A stretch of 64,000 nt of DNA, from contig CAYHWX010000003.1 of the NCBI GenBank assembly GCA_964360245.1, positions 2,307 through 66,306 on the forward strand, given 5' to 3'. Position 1 is the first letter of the stretch; each line of letters starts with the position of its first letter. Positions 28,738 through 37,228 of the stretch are shown here, one piece after another. The notes under the pieces were generated by a model. It had not been told where the DNA came from. It saw only the letters and a program-made list of their open reading frames with translations, and ran no database searches. The position numbers and the translations under genes were made by a program. This stretch comes from an uncultured Vicingus sp. GTDB lineage: Bacteria; Bacteroidota; Bacteroidia; Flavobacteriales_E; Vicingaceae.

Positions 28738-30081
28738 TTAACTTGGTCTTTCGCAACCTTTTCTATTGTAATACCACCAGTTAATTATTGTAGCAAAAAC
28801 AAAGAAAGCCGCAATAGAATAAAAGAAACCATTTGCATTACCAGTATTAGTTAAAAACGCACTAACCGAAACAGCAAAAATGAATGGACCAAATGCTGCA
28901 ATAGCTGCACTAAAACCAATTACACCAGCAGCTTGACGATGATTGTGTCCGAAAATAATTGGATATTGACGAAATGTTGCAGCATTACCCATTCCTGTTA
29001 TAAAGAACAAAAACAACATTAAGTATAAGAAAGCAGGAAACTGATCAACCGAAGTTGGGGTTAATAATCCCATTTGAACCATTGCTACACAACCAATAAC
29101 TAAACCAATACCAGTAAGTGTAGTTAGAATAGCACCACCAACTTTATCGGCTATAAAACCAAATAATACTCGGCTACTTGCCCCAATTAATGGACCTAAA
29201 AATGCATATTTCAACGCATCAGGAGCATTAGCAAAATCACCATAAACAGTTTTAATCATTAATGGAAAAATTGCAGCTAACCCAGAAAAACCACCAAAAG
29301 TCATCACATAGGTAACGGTACAAAACCAAGTGTGTTTGTCTTTAAAAATATCCAGTTGTTCTTTAAAGGTAGCCTTTACAGGAATACTTTTGATTAAATA
29401 CCAAGAAGCGATTGCTAAGACGATTAACAACGGCACATACCAAAACGCAGCACTTTGAAGGTAAATTTCTGAAGTTCCTAAAACTTCTTTTGTTTTCGGG
29501 TCAGTTTTGGTAAAAATCTCCGATGCACCATAAGTAGCAACACCAAGCATAGCTGGAGTCATAAATTGAGCAACACTTACACCAAAATTACCAATACCTG
29601 CCTGAATACCTAAAGCAGTTCCTTGTAAACGTTTTGGGAAAAATAAACTTGTACTAGGCATGTATGAAGAGAAATCACCACCGCCAAAACCAGCAGTAAA
29701 AGCAATTACCATAAATACCCAAAATGGTGTTGTGGTGTTCATTACAGCTAAACCTAAAGCAACAGCTGGAATTAGTTTAATAATGGTTGAAATACTAATT
29801 ACATGACGAGAGCCATAAATAGGTAAAAGAAAAGTATGAATAATTCTTAATAAACCAGCAGCTAAACCAGGCATTGCAGCAAGCCAAAACAATTGGTCTT
29901 TATCAAATTTAAATCCTACACCAGGAAGTTTTGTTACAATTGCACTCATCATAAACCAAGTGGCAAATGATAATACCAGTGAAATAGTTGTAACTGTTAG
30001 CACTTTCCATGCTATTTTACTGCCTTCTGATTCCCAAAATTCTTTATTTTCTGGTTCCCATTTTGTTAGCCATGTTGCCAT
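28738..30081 (-). CDS. narK: nitrate/nitrite transporter NarK (MFS), NarK2/antiporter-like
   Basis: The N-terminus W.PE...FW...G..IA...L aligns by eye with E. coli NarK. The first TM region contains LPGVGFKFDKDQLFWLAAMPGLAAGLLRI. 12-TM MFS architecture. Confidence 0.85.
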   Translation of the reverse strand: MATWLTKWEPENKEFWESEGSKIAWKVLTVTTISLVLSFATWFMMSAIVTKLPGVGFKFDKDQLFWLAAMPGLAAGLLRIIHTFLLPIYGSRHVISISTIIKLIPAVALGLAVMNTTTPFWVFMVIAFTAGFGGGDFSSYMPSTSLFFPKRLQGTALGIQAGIGNFGVSVAQFMTPAMLGVATYGASEIFTKTDPKTKEVLGTSEIYLQSAAFWYVPLLIVLAIASWYLIKSIPVKATFKEQLDIFKDKHTWFCTVTYVMTFGGFSGLAAIFPLMIKTVYGDFANAPDALKYAFLGPLIGASSRVLFGFIADKVGGAILTTLTGIGLVIGCVAMVQMGLLTPTSVDQFPAFLYLMLFLFFITGMGNAATFRQYPIIFGHNHRQAAGVIGFSAAIAAFGPFIFAVSVSAFLTNTGNANGFFYSIAAFFVFATIINWWYYNRKGCERPS

Positions 30082-30115
30082 AATTTTAAGTTTAGTTAAG
30101 GTTAATTATTATTGA

Positions 30116-31363
30116 TTAGATTGTTTCTACTTCGATATTTTGTTTGGAATATTGTTCGGGAACTATTATTTTTCCTCCTTTACCTACCCATGTTTTAGTC
30201 CATTTTTTCTGAGCAACACGCAACACAATGAGTGCTATTATCGCTAGAGACATAAAGGCAATGAATCCCCATTGAAAAGTACCTGTCAATTGTTTTGATT
30301 GCCCCATAACATTTGGTATAAAACTTCCGCCCAAAGCACCAATTTCACCAATCATACTTCCTGCAACAGCTGTAGCTAAAGGCCATCTCAAAGGTACCAA
30401 TTGAAATAAAGAACCATTACCTGCACCAAATGCAGCAAAGCTTACCATGAATAAAATAGTGGTTGTAATAAGGTTCAATTGGAAAGAGGCAATAAACATA
30501 CAAATAATTATAATTACGAAAATTCCAGTGAGTGAATTAACACCTCCCCATTTATCGGAAATCCAACCACCAACAATTCGAACAGCACTTCCCATTATAG
30601 CTGCAAGCATAGTAAGTTGTCCTGCTTCGACTTTTGTTACTCCAAACTGGTCATGAAAATAGGTTGGAAGAAAACTTGCTAACCCAATAAAACCGCCAAA
30701 AGTAATGATGTAAATGAGGTTGAACGACCATCCGTCTTTTTCAAAAAGACATTTAATATGTTCCATAAAACTTTGTTTATGAACGTCAGGTGGCTCTTTT
30801 GCAAAAATTATCATCACTATAATGGGAATTAGCATAAAAATAGCTCCCATACCATACACTGCATGCCAACCAAATTGGGTGGCTAACGGAGGTGCAAATA
30901 ACATAGCTAGTACTGTTCCGCTATTACCTGCACCAGCAATACCCATAGCCAATCCTTTATACTTTGGTGGAAACCACCCACTACCTAGTGAAAGTGCCAC
31001 TCCAAAACTCGCTCCTGCGATACCAAGCAAGATGCCCATATTGATTACTTCAGAATAAGTATCTACCATAAAGTAGCCATAAAGTAAGGCAAAGAAAATC
31101 ATTCCCATTTCTACCAACGAGGCTCCTTTTCTTGTAATGTATTGTGCTAAAACACCAAGAGGAAAACGCATAATAGCTCCAGCAAGAATAGGAATGGAAA
31201 CCATAAATCCTTTTTCAGCAGCTGAGAGATGAAATTCTTCGCTAATAAATGGAGCCATCGCACCATTTAATACCCATATTGCAAAGCAAAAATCGAAATA
31301 TAAAAATGCTGAAAATAATGTGGGGGCGTGTCCCGATTTTAAAAATGTTTTAAAGTTTCCCAT
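30116..31363 (-). CDS. nitrate/nitrite MFS transporter, NarK1-like
   Basis: 12-TM MFS protein with NNP-family Gly-rich motifs (GIAGAGNSGT). Lies directly upstream of narK on the same strand. Confidence 0.75.
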   Translation of the reverse strand: MGNFKTFLKSGHAPTLFSAFLYFDFCFAIWVLNGAMAPFISEEFHLSAAEKGFMVSIPILAGAIMRFPLGVLAQYITRKGASLVEMGMIFFALLYGYFMVDTYSEVINMGILLGIAGASFGVALSLGSGWFPPKYKGLAMGIAGAGNSGTVLAMLFAPPLATQFGWHAVYGMGAIFMLIPIIVMIIFAKEPPDVHKQSFMEHIKCLFEKDGWSFNLIYIITFGGFIGLASFLPTYFHDQFGVTKVEAGQLTMLAAIMGSAVRIVGGWISDKWGGVNSLTGIFVIIIICMFIASFQLNLITTTILFMVSFAAFGAGNGSLFQLVPLRWPLATAVAGSMIGEIGALGGSFIPNVMGQSKQLTGTFQWGFIAFMSLAIIALIVLRVAQKKWTKTWVGKGGKIIVPEQYSKQNIEVETI

Positions 31364-31383
31364 AATCTATTGTATTAGTTTTT

Positions 31384-31397
31384 TTGATTTGAGTCAT
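31384..31397. promoter_or_regulatory. FNR/Crp-type box TTGATttgaGTCAT
   Basis: Lies 21 nt upstream of the NarK1-like start codon (31363, minus strand). Confidence 0.3.
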
Positions 31398-31500
31398 ATA
31401 ATATGTTATGCATTTAATTTACATTACAATAGTAGAATAATCTAATTATTTTTTATGTGATAAGAGTCAGCTTAAAAAATGTTATTTGACAAATAAAAGA

Positions 31501-31514
31501 ATGATATGAATCAT
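31501..31514. promoter_or_regulatory. FNR/Crp-type box ATGATatgaATCAT
   Basis: Perfect 5+5 inverted repeat with a 4-nt spacer, about 140 nt upstream of the narK1-narK operon start. Confidence 0.45.
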
Positions 31515-31567
31515 AAAAATAAAAACACACAAAGAATTGTATATCTGTAATGATTTAATAGAGAATG

Positions 31568-32299
31568 CTAATTTGTCACTCCAAAAGGAGAGACGATTTT
31601 TATAAAATAGTCATGATTGTTAATCGCGATTTCATTTTTTGAAAGAATAATTACATTCTCTTTTTTAAAATCAGAGAGTACTCTAGAAAGCTGTTCAGAG
31701 TTAATTCCAGCTAAGGCAGATAAATCTTGCCTATTTAATTCTATTAAGAAAGGGTAGTTATGGCTTTCGTTAAAGAGAGAATTATAATACAATAATGCAT
31801 CAGCCACTTTTTCTCTAACGTTCATTTGTGCTTGGTTTTTTATTTTTGCTTCAGAGCTTCTTAGTTCGTTAGAATAATAAATCATTAACTCATAAGTTAA
31901 TTTTGGATTATCCATAAATGCTTTGAAAATAGTTTCATTATCAATTAAACAGATGTTTGATTCTTCTATAGCGATTGCACTTATCGGATATTTTTCTCTA
32001 CCATAACCTCTATGTCCAATAATATCACCTTTTTTGGTCAACCTAATTACCTGTGGTTTTCCAGCTAATCCTTTAGAAATAATTTTAGCCTTACCAGATT
32101 GTATAAAAAATAATCCCAACACAGTATTTCCTTCGTAAGCAATATATTGGTTTTGTCGATAAAAAGAAGTTTCTTTTGCATTACTAATTATTGTCAAATA
32201 ATCTTCAGAACAATTTTTTTTAATAAAACAATCTAATGTTAAACATTGGTTACAACTATTTTCTTGGGCATTAGAGTTAATCATTTGTAAAAAATTCAT
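31568..32299 (-). CDS. FNR-type oxygen-responsive regulator (Crp/Fnr family with N-terminal Cys cluster)
   Basis: N-terminal CNQCLTLDCFIKKNC plus a central Cys (NICLID). The HTH recognition helix EQLSRVL carries the FNR E--SR motif. Confidence 0.75.
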   Translation of the reverse strand: MNFLQMINSNAQENSCNQCLTLDCFIKKNCSEDYLTIISNAKETSFYRQNQYIAYEGNTVLGLFFIQSGKAKIISKGLAGKPQVIRLTKKGDIIGHRGYGREKYPISAIAIEESNICLIDNETIFKAFMDNPKLTYELMIYYSNELRSSEAKIKNQAQMNVREKVADALLYYNSLFNESHNYPFLIELNRQDLSALAGINSEQLSRVLSDFKKENVIILSKNEIAINNHDYFIKIVSPFGVTN

Positions 32300-32482
32300 T
32301 AAATAAGGAATCGTTCTATAAATTATATATAAAGATAAAACATTTCTTATATTAATTAAAAATGATAACCTATTTATTTCTAATAATATAAGTTGGCAAG
32401 AAGTTTTTAAAAATAATCTAAAACCAAGTCATTTTCTTTTCTTTATTAGTAAATAGATTAATAACTTTGAAAAAAAAATAAG

Positions 32483-32947
32483 ATGAAACACTTAGAACCA
32501 AATACGTTAGAAAGTAGTGAATTAGTTGAGCAAATCTTTAATTTTTGGTTCACTGATAATGAACATATTCGCTCTCCGTTTCCTGAGTATATTCGACCAA
32601 TTTTAAAAGAAAAAGCTGTTAATAATTTCTTTCAATGGGTTTCAGGGCTTAACCCAAAAGCAAAAGATGAGATAAATGATGAAATAATTGCTGAAAAATT
32701 TGAAGAAGTAATTTTTGAAACAGCAATAAAACTGGTTTTAACTGTAGATGAAAAATTAACTATCGAATATCCTTTTTTGCCTAGATTAAATGATGTTATT
32801 TATGAAGATGTGAAAAATAAAATAGGAAAGAGTATAATTATTGATAGATTAAAAATGAAAGAGGGAGATTTTAATTTTATGAAAGTAAAGCTAGAAAAAA
32901 TTGAATCAAAAGAAATATGGGAAACAAAATTTGAATTACCAAAATAA
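32483..32947 (+). CDS. hypothetical protein
   Basis: 154-aa ORF with no recognisable motif. Confidence 0.45.
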   Translation: MKHLEPNTLESSELVEQIFNFWFTDNEHIRSPFPEYIRPILKEKAVNNFFQWVSGLNPKAKDEINDEIIAEKFEEVIFETAIKLVLTVDEKLTIEYPFLPRLNDVIYEDVKNKIGKSIIIDRLKMKEGDFNFMKVKLEKIESKEIWETKFELPK

Positions 32948-33017
32948 TGAGTGTTATTTAAAGTTTTAATATTGTATGATTAGTTGATTTTTAATGATTG
33001 CTAATGAGTTCTTCTTA

Positions 33018-33392
33018 CTAAACAGGCTTGTCATTTTTGTAAATAATTTTTTGAGAAACCTCCTTATTTTTATTCCACAAAGTATATTCACCATTTAGTT
33101 GGTCATTAACATATTCACACTCTATAATTTTATTGCCTTCAATATCCCATGTTGTCCATTTCCCCTCCCTCTTGCCGTTAATAAAATTACCTTCCATATT
33201 TTTTTCCCCATTATCGTAATACCAAGTCCAAATTCCATTGTTTTTATTTTCTTTTATATTGCCACTCCGCTTTTTTTGACCGTTGTTGTACTCAAACTTG
33301 TTATCTTCTCTAATTACAAAATGAAATATTCCCCAAGCAACAAAAATTAAAGCAGTAACTACTTTGTGTGAGCTATTATAACTATATGACAT
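33018..33392 (-). CDS. MORN-repeat-like (YwqK-type) membrane-anchored protein
   Basis: N-terminal TM helix, then repeated G.W..(Y/W)..NG motifs (NGIWTWYYDNGEK, REGKWTTWDIEGNK, LNGEYTLWNKN). Confidence 0.55.
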   Translation of the reverse strand: MSYSYNSSHKVVTALIFVAWGIFHFVIREDNKFEYNNGQKKRSGNIKENKNNGIWTWYYDNGEKNMEGNFINGKREGKWTTWDIEGNKIIECEYVNDQLNGEYTLWNKNKEVSQKIIYKNDKPV

Positions 33393-33493
33393 ATTGAAAA
33401 AAATGATGATGAATACTAAAGTAAAATCAAAATTACCATAAATAAAAAATAGTTATAAGATTATTAATGAAATAATAGTATCAGATAACTTAT

Positions 33494-33507
33494 TTGATAA
33501 ACATCAT
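33494..33507. promoter_or_regulatory. FNR/Crp-type box TTGATaaacATCAT
   Basis: Ends 60 nt upstream of the ATG of the Crp/Fnr gene at 33567. Confidence 0.45.
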
Positions 33508-33566
33508 AACATTGTATGTTTAAAAATTGTAACTTTGCTAATATTTTTTAAATAGCATTTTTTAAA

Positions 33567-34274
33567 ATGAAAAATTTACCTGTAAAAATTCCATCTTGTT
33601 CGGAATGCGATAGTAAAAATATTTTTGATTGTTTGCCTCAAAATGAAATGGAAAAATTGAGTGTAAATAAGGACAATAATTTTTTTAAAAAAGGACAGGT
33701 AATTTTTTACGAAGGCAATCACCCTCACGGGATGTACTGTATTTATACTGGAAAAGTTAAAATTTCTAAATTAGGAGACGAAGGAAAAGAACAGATTGTT
33801 CGTTTTGCAGGTGAAGGAGAATTGTTAGGGTATAGGTCTGCATTAAACAATGAATCTTATAAAGCTACAGCGACAGCAATGGAAGATTGTTACATTTGTC
33901 ATATACCCAAAGAAAAGTTTTCCGAAGTACTAAATAACAATAGTAATTTTTCATTAGAAATTATTAAATTATTATCTGATGATTTAAAAAAATCGGAACA
34001 AAATTTATTAAATATTTCTCAAAAACCTGTTCGTGAAAGAATTGCAGAAACACTTTTAGTGCTAAAGAGTAGATTTGGGTTTGAAAAAGATGGAAAAACA
34101 CTAAGTATTATTTTAACTAGAAGAGAAATTGGTGATATTGCAGGAACTACTACTGAAACAACCATTCGAACACTTTCTGAATTTGTGAAAGAAGGAAGTA
34201 TTAAGCTTTTAGGTAAAAAAATTCTTATCCTAAATTCCGATAAATTAACTCTTTCAGCCAATCTGCATGATTAG
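33567..34274 (+). CDS. Crp/Fnr-family regulator with FNR-like Cys residues
   Basis: N-terminal CSECDSKNIFDC plus MEDCYICH. Has a cNMP-like domain and an HTH (ETTIRTLSEF). It is the last gene before the catabolic block. Confidence 0.7.
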   Translation: MKNLPVKIPSCSECDSKNIFDCLPQNEMEKLSVNKDNNFFKKGQVIFYEGNHPHGMYCIYTGKVKISKLGDEGKEQIVRFAGEGELLGYRSALNNESYKATATAMEDCYICHIPKEKFSEVLNNNSNFSLEIIKLLSDDLKKSEQNLLNISQKPVRERIAETLLVLKSRFGFEKDGKTLSIILTRREIGDIAGTTTETTIRTLSEFVKEGSIKLLGKKILILNSDKLTLSANLHD

Positions 34275-34366
34275 TGTATTTTCTTATTAATTAGTGTAAT
34301 TTTTAACTTCTTTTTTTCTTTTTAAATAATAGTTTTTTTAACTAATATTTGTTATTTTTTTAAACT

Positions 34367-34381
34367 AACTGAAAATCAGTT
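34367..34381. promoter_or_regulatory. palindrome AACTGAaaaTCAGTT upstream of the catabolic block
   Basis: Perfect 6+6 inverted repeat with a 3-nt spacer in the 373-nt leader region. Confidence 0.3.
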
Positions 34382-34416
34382 CTATGGGGTAAATTATTGA
34401 CGTTAATACGAAAACT

Positions 34417-34436
34417 AATCATATATATATATGATT
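34417..34436. promoter_or_regulatory. perfect 20-nt palindrome AATCATATATATATATGATT
   Basis: Read directly. It contains ATCAT and ATGAT half-sites in everted orientation around a (TA)n core, about 210 nt upstream of the first gene. Confidence 0.3.
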
Positions 34437-34647
34437 TAAAGCATATAAAAAACTTGCACTTATCATGTTTTATTCTAACATTGAGGGTTACTTTTATTCA
34501 CAATTATGACACAGTTATAACTATACCAACCATTCCATTTCATTTTTTGCTTGACAGCAAGGTATAGTTTTTCGTTTTACATATTTTAAAATCAAGTAAA
34601 GGATGAAATCAAAGGGAAAATTGGTTTTTGAATTTAAATGATATAAA

Positions 34648-35832
34648 ATGAAGAATCTTAAAGAATTAATTAGTGAGTGTAAAAATTATGCATTCGATTT
34701 GAACTTTTCAAGAGCAAAAGAATGGAAAGAAGAAAAAAAAGGTAGAGTGTTAGTAGGTTATATGCCTATTTACTTTCCAAGAGAAGTTATACATGCTGCA
34801 GGTGCAATGCCAGTTGGAATTTTTGGTGGTGGAGATCGTAAGCAAATTATAAAAGGAGATGCTTATTATCAATCTTACATCTGCCATATACCACGAAGTA
34901 TTATGGAAATAGCTCTCGATAAACAATTAGACCACATTGACGGATTTATCTTTCCTTCTATTTGTGATGTAATCAGAAACCTTTCTGGGATTTTTAAACA
35001 GCAAAAAATTGGGAAGTTTGTAAAATACATGGATTTTCCTCAAAACTTTCTTCCAGAAATTGGAGGAGTGTTCTATCAACAAGAAATGGAGCACGTATTA
35101 AAATACATAAAAGAAATAAACGGTATAGAGGTAACAACTGAGGCATTAAACCATTCAATCGATTTGTACAACAAAAATCGCCAAATGATTGAATTCATTT
35201 ACGATATTCGTCAAAAATTTCCCTGGAGATTGTCTATCGAAGATGTTTATTGCATCGTAAGAGCTGGCACAGTTATTCCTGTTGAAGAACACAACGAAAT
35301 TCTTTCTCAAGTTTGTGAACATATTAAACAAGATATAGGAGTGCCACAAGATAAAATTAAAGTGGTAATATCTGGAGCATTTTGCGAACAACCTGCATTA
35401 GGATTAATCAGAGCTATTGAAGAAGCAGGATGTTATGTGGTTGATGATGATTATATGCTTGGCTCTAGAATGATTTTAGGTGATATAGATGCTACTACCA
35501 ACAAACCTTTAGCGGCAATTGCATGGTCATATATTAAACAAAGTCAGTATTCATCGTCCATCTATGATGTACATAATCCAAAAGAGAATAGATTGGCTAA
35601 AATTGTAAAGGACAGAGGTGCTGATGGAGTAATTTTTGCTGCAGCTAGCTTTTGCGACCCTAGTTTATTAGACGCCCCTATTTTTCATAATGCATTTGAT
35701 AAAATGGGAATACGTTACATCTCCTTCCAATATAGCGAAAACATTAATCAATACAAAGTAATAAAGGAACAAGTGGGGACTTTCTCTGATTCAATAAAAT
35801 TATGGGAAGATGAAACAGTAATAGTTATATAA
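34648..35832 (+). CDS. benzoyl-CoA reductase subunit C-like protein (BcrC/BadD; BCR/2-hydroxyacyl-CoA dehydratase family)
   Basis: 394 aa. GYMPIYFPREVIHAAGAMPVGIFGGGD...QSYICHIPRS...DGFIFPSICDVIRNLSG resembles the BcrC/BadD signature. It is the first gene of a C-B-A-D-ordered quartet. Confidence 0.65.
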   Translation: MKNLKELISECKNYAFDLNFSRAKEWKEEKKGRVLVGYMPIYFPREVIHAAGAMPVGIFGGGDRKQIIKGDAYYQSYICHIPRSIMEIALDKQLDHIDGFIFPSICDVIRNLSGIFKQQKIGKFVKYMDFPQNFLPEIGGVFYQQEMEHVLKYIKEINGIEVTTEALNHSIDLYNKNRQMIEFIYDIRQKFPWRLSIEDVYCIVRAGTVIPVEEHNEILSQVCEHIKQDIGVPQDKIKVVISGAFCEQPALGLIRAIEEAGCYVVDDDYMLGSRMILGDIDATTNKPLAAIAWSYIKQSQYSSSIYDVHNPKENRLAKIVKDRGADGVIFAAASFCDPSLLDAPIFHNAFDKMGIRYISFQYSENINQYKVIKEQVGTFSDSIKLWEDETVIVI

Positions 35833-35871
35833 AAAATATTTATTAAATAGTTTGTGGTGAATAAAGTAAGC

Positions 35872-35906
35872 TAACAAAAAACTCTAAACCTCGAACTCTA
35901 AACTTT
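35872..35906 (+). repeat. 7-nt-phased (A/G/T)AAC-NNN array (5 units) ending 6 nt before the start codon
   Basis: TAACAAA AAACTCT AAACCTC GAACTCT AAACTTT, with units starting at 35872, 35879, 35886, 35893 and 35900. Confidence 0.8.
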
Positions 35907-35911
35907 ATAAT

Positions 35912-37201
35912 ATGGCACAAGAAGCACAAAAAGAAAAGAGCATGGTTCTCCAAAAGGATATGATAAGTTCTCTTTTTAATGACCTTGCTAATGCAAAAGA
36001 ATTAGGTAAAAAAGTTTGTTATACTTTTATTCCTGGGAACCTTTCTGAATTAATTCGAACATTTGATATGCTTCCAGTTTACCCAGAAATTAATGCACTG
36101 CAAAGTGCTATGCGAAAAAAATCAGCAGCATATATTAAAGAAGCAGAAAGAAATGCACATTCTGAGGATGTATGTACTTATGTGAAATGCGATGTAGGAA
36201 TGTTAATGAAAGGAAACATCGGACCAACAGGTGAGAAAATTCCTGAGCCAGATATTCTTTTGTTAAGCTATACGGGATGTTTTACTTTTCTAAAATGGTT
36301 TGAAACCTTAAAAAGAGAATATCCAAATGCAAAAGTGATTATGGTTCATACACCCTATCAAGAGAATGCAGAGATGACTCCTCAAATGACCCAGTATATG
36401 GTTAAACAATTTAAAGAAGAAGTTATTCCTCAAATGGAAGCAGTGACTGGTATTAAATATGACGAGGAAAAATTAAAAAGACACCTAGGATTAGCTGCAG
36501 AAGCTGAAGATTTGATTGCTAAAATATTTGAAACTACAAAACATAGACCATCACCTATTGATGCCTATTTTGCAGGAGTATATTACATTGGTCCAATTAA
36601 TATCGGATTTAGAGGAACTCAACAAGCGGTAGATTACTACAAAGAGTTATTAAAAGAAATTCATATCAGAATAGAAAAAGGACTAGGTCCTATTACTCCA
36701 GAGGGAGAAATGAAAGAAGAAAAATATCGATTGGTTGTTGAAGGACCACCAAACTGGACACATTTCAGAGAATTTTGGAAAATTTTCTATGATATGGGAG
36801 CTGTAATTGTAGCTTCTTCTTATACAAAGGTTGGAGGAGTTTATGATTTAGGATGGAGACACGACCCAGAAAGACCTTTAGAAGCATTAGCTGAATATTG
36901 TATGAATTGTTACACCAATTTAAACATTCCTCAACGAATCAGTTTATTAAAAAAATGTATTGTTGATTATAAAGCTGACGGGTACATTACCAATTCAATT
37001 AAAAGTTGTAATTCTTTTTCAGCAGGGCAATTAGGAATGATGCGTGAAATTGAAGATAGCTTAGAAATACCTGTTGGCTTTATTGAATCTGATTTGGTTG
37101 ACCCACGTTATTTCTCTTATTCAAATATTAAAAATAGGTTAGAATCTTTTTTCCAAATGCTAGAACAGCGTAAAAAAATAGAAGCTAAAGAAACAGTTTA
37201 A
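35912..37201 (+). CDS. benzoyl-CoA reductase subunit B-like protein (BcrB/BadE family)
   Basis: 429 aa. VCYTFIPGNLSELIRTFDMLPVYPEINAL...EDVCTYVKCDVGM is typical of the BCR/HAD core subunit family. Confidence 0.65.
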   Translation: MAQEAQKEKSMVLQKDMISSLFNDLANAKELGKKVCYTFIPGNLSELIRTFDMLPVYPEINALQSAMRKKSAAYIKEAERNAHSEDVCTYVKCDVGMLMKGNIGPTGEKIPEPDILLLSYTGCFTFLKWFETLKREYPNAKVIMVHTPYQENAEMTPQMTQYMVKQFKEEVIPQMEAVTGIKYDEEKLKRHLGLAAEAEDLIAKIFETTKHRPSPIDAYFAGVYYIGPINIGFRGTQQAVDYYKELLKEIHIRIEKGLGPITPEGEMKEEKYRLVVEGPPNWTHFREFWKIFYDMGAVIVASSYTKVGGVYDLGWRHDPERPLEALAEYCMNCYTNLNIPQRISLLKKCIVDYKADGYITNSIKSCNSFSAGQLGMMREIEDSLEIPVGFIESDLVDPRYFSYSNIKNRLESFFQMLEQRKKIEAKETV

Positions 37202-37228
37202 TTATTTTAACGACACAAACATTTAACT

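Noticed and set aside
32483-33392. The hypothetical 154-aa gene and the convergent MORN-like gene as a toxin-antitoxin or defence pair.
   Set aside because: The genes are convergent, not co-transcribed. Neither carries a nuclease, ATPase or other recognisable effector motif. No repeats or mobile-element signatures flank them.
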